A stretch of DNA of 64,000 nt from Octopus bimaculoides (taxonomy: Eukaryota): contig NC_069006.1 in NCBI RefSeq assembly GCF_001194135.2, positions 23,624,306-23,688,305 on the forward strand, written 5' to 3'. The position numbers and the translations under genes are program-made. Numbering within the stretch: position 1 is the stretch's first letter; each line of letters begins with the position of its first letter. Below, piece after piece: positions 23,648 through 36,072 of the stretch. Below the pieces are notes generated by a model. The model was not told the DNA's origin. It saw nothing but the letters and a program-made list of their open reading frames with translations, and made no database searches.

Positions 23648-23785
23648 AGGAACTGAGGGTTCTGCATGAACGGCTTGCCTATCTGGAACGAAGGGAGCGT
23701 GAACTGATTCGGGAGAAAGAAGAACAAGAGAAAGAGTTTGGCTTAAAAAGAGCCAAACTGAAGGAGCTGTTTCTTCAGAAAGAAG
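23648..23785 (+). CDS. RABEP1: Rabaptin-5 exon 2 (EELRVLHERL...KRAKLKELFLQKE)
   Basis: tttacag| acceptor, |GTGAG donor, phase 1/1. Motif resembles vertebrate KRAKFKELYLAKEE (recalled). Confidence 0.96.
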
Positions 23786-24089
23786 GTGAGTTCTGGGGCT
23801 GGGGTTTCTTAATTTGTGTGTGTGTGTGGGGGGGTTGTATTTCTGTACAGGTGCAAGGTGTGGCTGTGTGGTAAGAAGCTTGTTTCTGTAACCCTTCGTA
23901 ACCCTTCGTAAACAAAAGCCTCATGAGTAGATTTGGTCGATGGAAATTGGAAGATGCCCATTGTGTGTGTCATCATCATTTAACATCTGTGTTCCATGCT
24001 AGCATGGGTGGGACGGTACAAGAGCCAGCAGGCTGAAGCCTGCACCAGACTTCTGTGACTGTTTTGGCAGGATTTTTACATATATATGA

Positions 24090-24250
24090 TAGTCTTCTTT
24101 CAGTTTCCGTCTACGAAATCCACTCACAAGGCTTTGGTCAGCCCAAGGCTATAGGTGAAGACACTTGCCCAAGGTGCCACACAGTGGGATTGAACCTGGA
24201 ACCATGTGGTTGGTAAGCAAGCTACTTATCACACAGCCACTCCTGTGCCT
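24090..24250 (-). mobile_element. SINE family A head
   Basis: Reverse complement of 27152-27315 with few changes. Confidence 0.9.
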
Positions 24251-24253
24251 ATA

Positions 24254-24368
24254 ATTATCTTATGCACTTCATTAGCTTACAGCTGTTTCTGCTGTAAGAT
24301 GCAGTGCACTCCTAGTTGAGTGCCTGAGTAACACCCTAGCTGTAAGCTAGTGAAGCTCATAAGATAAT
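24254..24368. repeat. 115-bp element with 31-bp imperfect terminal inverted repeats
   Basis: ATTATCTTATGcaCTTCAtTAGCTTACAGCT (24254-24284) vs AGCTGTAAGCTAgTGAAGctCATAAGATAAT (24338-24368); 3 mismatches. Confidence 0.85.
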
Positions 24369-24526
24369 CATTTATTCCATTGTCATCTCATTTTGTAATT
24401 ACTGCTCTGTACTCAACTAATGCTTCATTTTGAAGCATAAGTCTACTGGGTTCTACACCAGGTTATTAGTCTCACGATGCCTAAGCAAAATATTAATAGA
24501 TATATATATGTTTTTCTATGTTTCAG

Positions 24527-24730
24527 AGGAACTGAAGCGAGAACGTGACACAACAGCTGAGGCCCTTGGCAAGAACAACTCTCTCTTGATAGACTTGAAG
24601 AAGCTACAAAGTGAACTTGAAGATCTGAAGGCTGCTGCGGCCGTTTCGGAAGAGAACAAACAGGATGAAGTGGAAGACATTCGGCGCCAGTGCCAGGAGG
24701 AGATTGCCAGTTTGCAGAGTATTATGAAAG
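24527..24730 (+). CDS. RABEP1: Rabaptin-5 exon 3 (EELKRER...RQCQEEIASLQSIMK)
   Basis: tttcag| acceptor, |GTAATG donor, 204 nt, phase 1/1. Coiled coil resembling vertebrate RQWREEVASLQAVMK. Confidence 0.96.
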
Positions 24731-25384
24731 GTAATGTTGTTTGGGCTCCAGATCAACCCTGATTTGGCAGACTTGTGATTGAAGGCATTCCAACTGTGAC
24801 CATCCCGTTGTATTTTCAGGCATTGTGCATATAAAGCCTCATTATCCAATATGTCCTGTAGCTTTTTGAATAGTAGTGTCATTTGAAGGAGATTTGGCTG
24901 TTATTTCTAGCAGGTTGGTCACTCCTTTATTAAGATAATGTTAAGTAGAAAGAATAAAATGTTTTGTTTTCATTTTCTACATTTTTATGCCCTTCTTGTC
25001 ACCAACACTTGTTTTTAAATAAGGTAATCTTTCCCCATGGCTAGGCATGTTATTCACAAAAGACTGAAAATGAACACCATCACTTGTATGACAGGCTTGT
25101 GTACAGCCACCATCTGATGTCAGAACAAGGGCATAAAACTAGTTGTCTTCTATCATACGTATGGTGGAAGGCAACTCGTGACCGAGTAGGACCACTTCTT
25201 GAACTCATTTCATTCTAAGTTTGGTTTCCTTATCGCTGACGACGTCTCATATGATTCTTAAGGCCTGGGTGTTAGGCCTAGAGGCTTTCTTTCCTATCGC
25301 TAGCACTGGAGTGTGTGGTGAGGGGTACCTTGGTTGCTTTTATTCTAAAAAAACGAAAAAAAAATACCTGTTTGTGTGTTACAG

Positions 25385-25511
25385 AAGCAGCAGATGAAGC
25401 TTCAAGGAAGACAGCAGCTCAGTATGAGAGCGTGTGGCAGAGAATGATGAAAATGAATGAGAAATCAGAACAAGAACTTCAAGATCTGAAAATGCAGTTA
25501 AATCAAGAAAG
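25385..25511 (+). CDS. RABEP1: Rabaptin-5 exon 4 (EAADEASRK...QLNQER)
   Basis: ttacag| acceptor, AG|GTAAGT donor, phase 1/2, open coiled-coil frame. Confidence 0.93.
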
Positions 25512-25618
25512 GTAAGTCTTTTACTGGAGTTGAGAGGGAATTTGGTAGAGAGAAACTTCCAAGACCCCCATCGCAACGCCCATAAAACCAGGAACTTTTC
25601 AGTACCCTCTTGTATTCA

Positions 25619-25660
<42 letters not shown>

Positions 25661-25744
25661 AAAATTATTGGAAGGATTAAATGTATTTTTAAAGATAATT
25701 ATTTTTCTCTAAAATCTCACAGGAGTTATCTTTCTTATTCCCAG

Positions 25745-25784
25745 GGAAGGCTTTTTAGCTTCTGTGGCGAAGTCCCTGAAGCGA
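25745..25784 (+). CDS. RABEP1: Rabaptin-5 exon 5 (EGFLASVAKSLKR); 3' end uncertain
   Basis: Strong pyrimidine tract tctttcttattcccag|. The first base completes AG+G (Arg) from exon 4. CGA|GTGAGT donor gives phase 0, but the frame also stays open (VSG) into the N-gap at 25794. Confidence 0.75.
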
Positions 25785-26280
25785 GTGAGTGGCNNNNNNN
25801 NNNNNNNNNNNNNNNNNNNNNNNNNNNNNNNNNNNNNNNNNNNNNNNNNNNNNNNNNNNNNNNNNNNNNNNNNNNNNNNNNNNNNNNNNNNNNNNNNNNN
25901 NNNNNNNNNNNNNNNNNNNNNNNNNNNNNNNNNNNNNNNNNNNNNNNNNNNNNNNNNNNNNNNNNNNNNNNNNNNNNNNNNNNNNNNNNNNNNNNNNNNN
26001 NNNNNNNNNNNNNNNNNNNNNNNNNNNNNNNNNNNNNNNNNNNNNNNNNNNNNNNNNNNNNNNNNNNNNNNNNNNNNNNNNNNNNNNNNNNNNNNNNNNN
26101 NNNNNNNNNNNNNNNNNNNNNNNNNNNNNNNNNNNNNNNNNNNNNNNNNNNNNNNNNNNNNNNNNNNNNNNNNNNNNNNNNNNNNNNNNNNNNNNNNNNN
26201 NNNNNNNNNNNNNNNNNNNNNNNNNNNNNNNNNNNNNNNNNNNNNNNNNNNNNNNNNNNNCCTCTTCCTCCTCCTCTTCC

Positions 26281-26345
<65 letters not shown>

Positions 26346-27151
26346 ATATGTTAGCCAAGGAAGGTAATATCGTCTCACATTTTTAGCTGTGACTTCCATT
26401 GACTTCTCTCTCTTTCTTTGGTTTATATTTACTGCCGGTGCTACATGAAAAGCACCTGTACTAGTGCCACATATAAAGCACCCCTGCTAGTGCCATGTCT
26501 AAAGCACTTGGTCAACACTGTAAAGTGGTTGGCGTTAGGAAGGGCATCCAGCTGTAGAAATCATACCAGATCAGACGATTGGAGCCTGGAGCAGCTCTCT
26601 GGCTGCTCAGCACCTGTCAACCCATGCCAGCATGGAAAACTGATGATGAATGTGCATTATGGTTTTACAGCATCCATATTCCTCTGCTTCCATGTCTCAG
26701 ATTGTTTCAGCGGTTTATGCAAATTTATCCATCCAGAGGCAGCGTGGTTGATGCCAGTGTCACGTAACTAGCACCCCTGCCGGTAGCACATGAAGAGCAC
26801 CATTTAAGTGTTGGGCCTCATGGAGGCAATGTAGCCGATGCCAGTGTCATGTAGCTGGCACATCATTGAAATCTCAAAGCTATGAGCTAATACATGATTA
26901 ATTCAAAACAATATGAATGAATAAGCATTATACTTGACAGAGTAATCTGAATGCTAAAGGGTTAAAGATGTGCTTATTTGAGGGAGGGAAGTGAATAAAA
27001 TATTCGGGGTTTTTTTTTAACCCTTTAACTGCAAAATTTGATTTTATAGTTATTCCAGTAATGATGTTAGATAACTACTAAAAAAAAAATACATTTGGTA
27101 TTTTCTGTAACTTACGTTCTATTAAATAAATAAACTTGACGTAAATAAACA

Positions 27152-27315
27152 GGCGCAGGAGTGGCTGTGTGGTAAGTAGCTTGCTTACCAACCACATGGT
27201 TCCAGGTTCAGTCCCACTGCGTGGCACCTTGGGCAGGTGTCTTTTACTATAGCCTCGGGCCGACCAAAGCCTTGTGAGTGGATTTGGTAGACGGAAACTG
27301 AAAGAAGCCCGTCGT
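27152..27315 (+). mobile_element. SINE family A head (best-preserved copy), tRNA-derived
   Basis: Pol III A-box-like TGGCTGTGTGG (27162-27172) and B-box-like GGTTCAGTCCC (27205-27215). Runs into (TA)n and an N-gap. Confidence 0.9.
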
Positions 27316-28323
27316 ATATATGTATATATNNNNNNNNNNNNNNNNNNNNNNNNNNNNNNNNNNNNNNNNNNNNNNNNNNNNNNNNNNNNNNNNNNNNNNN
27401 NNNNNNNNNNNNNNNNNNNNNNNNNNNNNNNNNNNNNNNNNNNNNNNNNNNNNNNNNNNNNNNNNNNNNNNNNNNNNNNNNNNNNNNNNNNNNNNNNNNN
27501 NNNNNNNNNNNNNNNNNNNNNNNNNNNNNNNNNNNNNNNNNNNNNNNNNNNNNNNNNNNNNNNNNNNNNNNNNNNNNNNNNNNNNNNNNNNNNNNNNNNN
27601 NNNNNNNNNNNNNNNNNNNNNNNNNNNNNNNNNNNNNNNNNNNNNNNNNNNNNNNNNNNNNNNNNNNNNNNNNNNNNNNNNNNNNNNNNNNNNNNNNNNN
27701 NNNNNNNNNNNNNNNNNNNNNNNNNNNNNNNNNNNNNNNNNNNNNNNNNNNNNNNNNNNNNNNNNNNNNNNNNNNNNNNNNNNNNNNNNNNNNNNNNNNN
27801 NNNNNNNNNNNNNNNNNNNNNNNNNNNNNNNNNNNNNNNNNNNNNNNNNNNNNNNNNNNNNNNNNNNNNNNNNNNNNNNNNNNNNNNNNNNNNNNNNNNN
27901 NNNNNNNNNNNNNNNNNNNNNNNNNNNNNNNNNNNNNNNNNNNNNNNNNNNNNNNNNNNNNNNNNNNNNNNNNNNNNNNNNNNNNNNNNNNNNNNNNNNN
28001 NNNNNNNNNNNNNNNNNNNNNNNNNNNNNNNNNNNNNNNNNNNNNNNNNNNNNNNNNNNNNNNNNNNNNNNNNNNNNNNNNNNNNNNNNNNNNNNNNNNN
28101 NNNNNNNNNNNNNNNNNNNNNNNNNNNNNNNNNNNNNNNNNNNNNNNNNNNNNNNNNNNNNNNNNNNNNNNNNNNNNNNNNNNNNNNNNNNNNNNNNNNN
28201 NNNNNNNNNNNNNNNNNNNNNNNNNNNNNNNNNNNNNNNNNNNNNNNNNNNNNNNNNNNNNNNNNNNNNNNNNNNNNNNNNNNNNNNNNNNNNNNNNNNN
28301 NNNNNNNNNNNNNNNNNNNNNNN

Positions 28324-28361
<38 letters not shown>

Positions 28362-29495
28362 AAAAGTATTAAAGGTAATTCTATGCAACTTCATAATAAT
28401 CCTTATTATTATTGTTGATATTATTTATATAATATACATAGAAATCCATTTATTTTTTTGAATTTTGTTTTATCATATTTTATTCTTTGGCATTTTTTGT
28501 TAGCGTATTTCTGTTGAAATGCCTGGGTTTTTGTTTCAGTTTTCCAGTTAATTTTGAAAATAATAAAGGATCTCATAAAATAACTTTGTCATTATTACTA
28601 AGTGATGTTTGGAACAGAAATTAACACGAAACTAACTCTGATAGAAGGTTTTAGCTTTGATCACTTGAAAACAAAAAGTCTGTATCATAGAGACAAGGGC
28701 GGTCCCAGGTGGGTTGGGGTCAAAAAAAGGTTACATTAAATTTTATTTTGCTGCAATAAACTTATTTTTGCATGTGTTGGTTATTGTAATATTTCTTTTC
28801 TTTGGTTTATATTTTTGAGGACACACTTTCAACATGGCTGGCCTGAGAATTGGTTGGGTCTAAAATTAAGGGGTTTTCAGAATTGCTGGTGTGAATTGTT
28901 CTACAGCTTTTAATGGTGTCATGCAATCTTGAGATCTGTGTAAACCTGAAGAATTTAATGGAATGTTTCGTTTTTTTTGTTTTTTTTACCAATGAATAGC
29001 TACAGACATGATTTTAACATCACTTGCTCACAAGAAGAGCTATTCACTTACTCCCTATCTATATAAATATGTATGTATACAAATGTGTGTGTGTATATAT
29101 GTACATATACACAAGCAGGTACACATACATTCACACATACACAAATATCTAACTGCATATGTCTGTCTGTCTGTCTTTCTCTCTCTTTCTATATGTGTGT
29201 GTGTGTGTGTGAATATATATATATATATATATGTATATACACACATGTACACACATATATATAATATAGGTAGTTAGGTTAATCCCAGCTGTTTCTGCTT
29301 GAAGCCTATCTGCTTACTCCATTATTACAATGCTATATGTAGTCTCAGTTGCTGCCGTACATTAGTCAAAATACATATTGAAATTGAGAATTATGGAAAT
29401 ATTATTTACAGAGTATATCACAACAGGAAATTGGGAATGTTTTGGTATTATTCACTAGTGAATAAATAATACCAAAAAATTTCCAATTTCTTGTT

Positions 29496-29531
<36 letters not shown>

Positions 29532-29788
29532 NNNNNNNNNNNNNNNNNNNNNNNNNNNNNNNNNNNNNNNNNNNNNNNNNNNNNNNNNNNNNNNNNNNNN
29601 NNNNNNNNNNNNNNNNNNNNNNNNNNNNNNNNNNNNNNNNNNNNNNNNNNNNNNNNNNNNNNNNNNNNNNNNNNNNNNNNNNNNNNNNNNNNNNNNNNNN
29701 NNNNNNNNNNNNNNNNNNNNNNNNNNNNNNNNNNNNNNNNNNNNNNNNNNNNNNNNNNNNNNNNNNNNNNNNNNNNNNNNNNNNNNNN

Positions 29789-29841
<53 letters not shown>

Positions 29842-30027
29842 ATGCCTACACATATATATACCGTGGAATATCCCTCTCGCAGGCTAGCAACAAAATGAAG
29901 ACCCTTCTTCTGCCGTCCTCTCCTACTCTGAAATCCAAGCCAGCACAAGCCAATCTGAAAACCTTGCTAACAGCCTTCAGGAAAGATGGCGACCACAAAG
30001 AACTCCAAGTAAGGCACACGGCACTAG

Positions 30028-30058
<31 letters not shown>

Positions 30059-30577
30059 TCTATGCATATATGTATGTATGTATAAATATTTATATATATA
30101 TATATATACACACACTGTAGATACCTGGTACTGTTTATTTGTAGACGCTGCTGCCTGCATGTTGCATTATTTCGTCTCTGTTGTTCTTGCTGCTGCTGTT
30201 GCCGTTGGCGACAATGACGATGATGCCTTCACCAAATATCTGGCTTAACTTTAAAATCCCTCTCAGTTCCGTTGTGGCTGTTGACCATTTATTTATTTAT
30301 TTATTTTTGTATATATATTTATTCATTTTGTTGTTGGCTGTTATTATTATTATTATTATTATTGTTATATTTTATTTTTATTCTTTGTAAATTTATTTTT
30401 GTCTTTGATTTATTTCTCCCTCTCTTTCTCTCTCCCTCCCTCCTGATTTCCCCCTCTTCCCCACCACCCCTCCTTTTTGGACAAGTGTTTCATAGATATG
30501 ATCGGGTTTGTTTTAACTCTACACGAGCGTGTATGATTGTATGTGTGTGTGTATGTATATGTATATGTGTGTGTGTG

Positions 30578-30642
<65 letters not shown>

Positions 30643-31167
30643 GGAGAGAGAGAGACACACACATGCATATGCACACGTGTGCATATATACTTGCATATGT
30701 GTTGGATTGGCTGCATCCATAGAGCGTGAGACAAAATGCCATGCAATATTAAGTACTTGTTCAGAGTTCAAATATTCCACTGTGGTCAACCTTGTTTGCC
30801 ATCTTTCCTGGCTTCATAAAATGAAGTATCTGTTGAGGACCAGCGTCGAATAACTTGCCTAATGCTTTGTCTAAACATATGGCATGACCTGACCTGACCT
30901 GGCCTGACCTGGCCTATGTCAGAACTCATCCTTGTAAGGTGGCGGTGTAGCAGAATTGGTGGAGCAGTGAACAGAATGCCTTGTGGTGTTTATGTAAGTC
31001 CCTTTACATTCAAATACAGCTAAGATCAACTTTACCAGTCATCCTCCTGGGTCACTAAACCGCCTGTTAAGTATACTAGGGTTAGTGTAATCAATTAACT
31101 CCTTCTTCTCAAATTTATGGTCTTGTTTCTCTAGTGGAATTATTATTATTATTATTATTATTATTCG

Positions 31168-31378
31168 AGGTGGCGAACTGGCAGAATTGTTTGCACGCCA
31201 GACAAAAGACTTAGCGGCATTTCATCCGTCTTCTCATTCTGGGATCAAATTCTGCCGAAGTCGACTTTGCCTTCCATCCTTTTGGGGTCAATAAAATAAG
31301 TATCAGTTGCATACTGGGGTCGATCTAATCAACTTAATCCCTTCCTCCAAATTGCTGGCCTTGTGCCAAAATTTGAAG
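31168..31378 (+). mobile_element. SINE family C copy
   Basis: GAGGTGGCGAACTGGCAGAAT...GTCGACTTTGCCTTCCATCCTTTTGGGGTCAATAAAATAAGTATC...GGCCTTGTGCCAAAATTTG. Confidence 0.85.
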
Positions 31379-31660
31379 TCATCATCATCATCATCATCAT
31401 CACCATCATAATCATTGTTATTATTATTATTATTATTATTAAGATGGCGAGTTGTAAGAAGTGTTGAAAGGCAGTGCTCCAGCATGGCCACAGTCAAATG
31501 ACTGAAACAAGTAAAAGAGTATGCTGGGAAAAAAATGCTTAGTGGCATTTTGTCCGTCTTGACGTTCTGAGTTCAAATTCCATCAAGGTCAACTTTTTAT
31601 GCCTCTTAATTTTGGTCTGCAAAATTCGACTTGTATGCTGGAAAATACTGTATTTTTTCT

Positions 31661-31708
<48 letters not shown>

Positions 31709-33347
31709 CAAATCTGTTTTAAGGGCTTTGTTTATTTCTTTCTATTCCTTAATTTTTCTTTTATTCATCAAAGAACAAAGGGAGAGAGAATTCGAATAGG
31801 GGCTAGATTTTTTTTTGTTTTTGTTTGCTTTTATTTTTCAACGAGCACACTTAGTAGTGTAAATTTTACTTCACAAAATCCTCGGGGGTTTCTCGTTACC
31901 CCCCCAAAAGATATTTCTCTCTGAAAATTGGCTTCATGCTTCAGTGATCTTGTGATTTTCTTCATTCGTGGTTGTCTTAATCTGTCTTGTTTTTTCAATT
32001 TATTTCCCTGGCATTCTTTTATTTTATTATCTCTTTTTTTGTTTCTTGACTTTTCATTGTCTTTTTACTCAATCCATCTTACATTTTGTTGTTGTTGTTG
32101 TTGTTGTTAAAGGTAATTAATTGGCTTTGTTGAGGTTTAATAATGAATATTTAATTTGTTGTTAATAAGATAATAATTTTTCAGGTTATTTTTTTGTTGT
32201 TGTTGACAGACCACAAGTTGGCTCCAGTCAAGCAGAATTATGATTTAAGGTGTTCCAACAAACTATTCTGTCTTTACTTTTCCAGACATAACGTGCCTTA
32301 AGCTATATTATCTAACGAGTCTTATGTATGGTTTGATGGATATTTAGCTGTTGTTTCTAGCAGGCTGACTTAATATGTAGATGTTCTCTTGTTGACCCTT
32401 ATAGAAACACCCTACTTTTGTTTTCTAACTTTGCAGCTATTTTAATTTTTTTTTTCGGTAAATTCAAAATAAAATTCTCAAAACTGTAATAAGAGATGGC
32501 AGCCTTTAGCGTTAAAACACGATTTCTATCTTGTTAATATTTATACACTATCTATATTGTATTACTGAATATTCTGTAATGTATGTAAACTGACACTGTA
32601 ACTTTCCATAAGGTATGTTTATAAATCAGAATAATTTTCCATAAGGTGTGTAAATATTTCTATAACTTTTTCAAGATGTGTGAATGTATTCTTGCAAATT
32701 TTTCTAAATTTTGAAAATGTATTCTTCTAAATGTTTGTAAATTGTGTGATGATTGTATCATTGTAGTTTTTCTGTATTTGTGACAATGTACACCTGAAAA
32801 TTTCAACACGATCATCACCATGCAATCTGCTCGATATACTGTATACAATCACCACCCAATACTATAGCACAACTCACACACCACATACTCTACATAGCCA
32901 CCACCCAATACTGTAACACAAACCACACACTGCTAACATCACATGCGTACGTGCACATACTATACATCCTGTACTATCACTATTCAATACTATGATAAAT
33001 ATCTCTTAAATCACGCCTCTTTTACTCTTTTACTTGTTTCAGTCATTTTGACTGTGGCCATGCTGGAGCACCGCCTTTAGTCGACAAATCAACCCCAGGA
33101 CTTATTATCACTATGCAATACTATCTCTCATGATGAGATTAATGATAATAATAATAACAACAACAACAATAACAATAAGATCTGGAAATAGTTAACTTGA
33201 ATGTGGAGCCTAAAAACAGAAAGAATTCCTCTGTAAACAATAAAAGTTTAAAAAAGGAGGAAAAAAAGACTCACCTTTCTTAGTTTTTTTTCCTTTGCTT
33301 TCCTTCCTTCCGTTGTCTTCCAGTGTGTCTTTGAGAAATGGGAGTCT

Positions 33348-33545
33348 TTAACCCTTTTGCTACCATGTTTCTCTTGGTATACGCTACCATTGTTTCAATT
33401 ATTTTTGAAAGGGGTGAAGAATTTAGTGAAATAATTGTCATTATTCAGCTGGTGTTTAGAACATAACTCAACATGGAATTTTTTATAGTAGGTGTTAATT
33501 TAAAACACTTCAAAAAGGGTAAGTTTGTACCACAGACCTAGGGTT
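33348..33545 (+). mobile_element. piggyBac-like MITE family I, degraded copy
   Basis: TTAA-CCCTTTTGCTACCA start. Internal sequence is colinear with 39935-40156. Confidence 0.65.
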
Positions 33546-33940
33546 GGCTGCTTGGATCTTCATCTACTTCCATCCTCTGTGAGGTAGTGTAGCTGTTGTT
33601 GTTGTGGGTGGTGGTGCTGTTGGTTAAATGTCTTTTTTGTGTCTTTCTGATGCCAACAGGTGGTAATAGTGTCATCCATGCTGACAGGATATCACCCAGC
33701 AATGGTCTCATGTTTTTTTTGCTAAGGTTTCAGAAAATTTGTTAGTGATTTTTTTTTTTGTCTTAAAAGAAAAAAAAAAACTAGGTAGAAATCCTCCCAT
33801 TTCTGCTGTAAATTAGAAATTAACAATCATTAAAATGATAAGAGTGTGTGTGTGTATGTGTGTAATATAGATAAATAGCAGTGTGTATGTGTCTATCTTC
33901 CAACATACAATGATATAATATAGTGATATGTATGCCTGCA

Positions 33941-33974
<34 letters not shown>

Positions 33975-34083
33975 ACACACACATTCAGGTGTTTAAACAG
34001 GAGATAAAGTACTCTCTCTCATATATATCTCATAGTTTATTGGTTCAAAGTTGACGATTCAGTCTATTGTATGCTGATGTGTC

Positions 34084-34147
<64 letters not shown>

Positions 34148-34557
34148 ACGTACACATTCCTATGTCACAGTAATTAGCTTGATGAAAACCTATGAACTTT
34201 TATAATCATTTTGTTTTTATTTCTTTACTTAATTCTTTTTCTTGTCTTTTTTTTTCATGACTTATCTACATTGTACAAGTTATAAAACTTAAAAAGTCTA
34301 AGATGTTGCCAACAACAACAACAACAACAATAATAAAATTAATCTAATTGTCATTTAACATTCGGTTGCCTTGTCTATTTGGTACTCCTTCGTCCTGGGT
34401 GGATCTTGAATCTTAAAGCTAATGGTTAAAAAAAAAAAAAAATTGCAAAAAAAAACAAACAAAAAAAACCCAGCCCAGTAGCAGCAACGACATCACCAAC
34501 AGTAACAGGTTTTTTTGGTCTTTTTTTTCTTCTGAAATTTCTATCTTGCATTATATA

Positions 34558-34613
<56 letters not shown>

Positions 34614-35955
34614 GTATGTATGTATGTATATATGTATGGCTATATAATTGGAATGACAGGCATCTTGGCATCTAGTCTTTTCTTTGGTATGGTTTATATT
34701 TTGTATTGGGTCTTTTGTTCGTCCTTGTTTGTTTGTTTATATATTTTTATTATTGTTGTTGTTGTTGTTTGACACCCAGGCTTGTCCCGATCGAATAGTC
34801 TTCATTTTCATTTTTATGGCTTTGTTTGTTTTCAGTCGTTAGATTGTGGCCATCCTGGGGCACTGCCTTGGAAAGGTCTAATGGAATAGATTGAGCCTAC
34901 TGCTCATTGTATAGGACTCTTTTTTTTTTTGCTGAACTGCTAGGTTACAGGGATGGAAACAAACCAACATTGGTTGTCAAGTGGTAATGGGGACATGGGG
35001 ACAAACAGACACACACAGTATTATTATTATTATTATTATTGTTATTTACCTGAACCGCCTTCATAAAAAATAAACTGATTTAGCAATGTTTATATATCAT
35101 TTGTTCTATTTTTTGTGCTGGTTTTTAAGGTTCAAATCCAACCTTGGACAAGCAGGTAGCTCTAGTATGGCCAGAATTGGAGACTCGGGGTCTTATTTTA
35201 TATTCATATATGTATTTTACTATTTAAACTGGTGGCGGTGGGGCAGTGCCTCTAGGTACTCTCTTTTCAGGTCCTTGTAGATGTGTGTGTGTGTGTGTGT
35301 GTGTGGAATGATTGAAATAGCTGAGTGATGCTATTGGAGTTTGAACACTTGAAACTCGGCATCAGAACAGAAGACACAAAGTAATGAATGTGGTGGTGAA
35401 GATGGTGTGTGTGAAGGGGATAGAGGCTGATGTTGGAGTTTTCAGTGGGAGCTTCAGTTTTAGAGGAAGACGGAATGGTGGGGTTGAACGAGTGTTTAGT
35501 GCAGGATCTCTTGTATGTAGAGGAGGAGGTGTCATGCAGTAATGGTATGAGACTAAGCAAAATATATCAGTACATCCTGTTATTTATTGATCTTTCATCT
35601 TGTGTATATTTATCTATTGATCTACTCACACACACGCAAGCTTCATTTATTAATTATGGTAATCTCTGTCAGAAGTTAATTGTCACTGATTAGAAATTGC
35701 TTTCGTAATTCTTTGTTAATCAATATTTTATCGTAGTTTTGTGTGTATGCATGTGTGTATACATATCTGTGCGTGTGTTTGTGTGTGTGAATGTATACAT
35801 GTGTGTGCATGTATACATATGTGTGTGTATTCATATGTGTGTGTATTCATATCTCTGTGTGTATTCATATGTGTGTGTGTGTTTTTTTTTTCATTGTTTT
35901 TATTGTTATTTTTCCAATGTAATTTCTATTTATTTTTTAAAAAATTATAATTCAG

Positions 35956-36072
35956 GCCCAAGAAGATGCCGAAATATTGAAATCTGTGGTTCTTCCGTTG
36001 GAGGAAGAAATAAAACTTCTGAAAAACAAGGTTCAAGAATCTGATGATAAAATAAAAGATTTAGAAAAACAG
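35956..36072 (+). CDS. RABEP1: Rabaptin-5 exon 6 (AQEDAEILKSVVLPLEEEI...DLEKQ)
   Basis: ttcag| acceptor, CAG|GTAAG donor, phase 0/0. Hallmark Rabaptin motif (vertebrate AQEDAEKLRSVVMPMEKEI). Confidence 0.96.

Noticed and set aside
26355-26363. 9-nt microexon candidate ttag|CCAAGGAAG|gtaat (PRK) after a (CCT)n tract
   Set aside because: Phase-compatible with exons 5 and 6, but such short AG...GT matches arise often by chance; it needs junction reads.
27152-27230. tRNA gene
   Set aside because: A- and B-box-like motifs are present, but no cloverleaf is evident and the sequence continues into a repeated SINE body; the same applies to the family B and F heads.
33262-33330. Minus-strand donor-like AAG|GTGAGT and plus-strand strong acceptor (…gtcttccag)
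   Set aside because: No matching partner site or meaningful reading frame; no antisense gene could be assembled.
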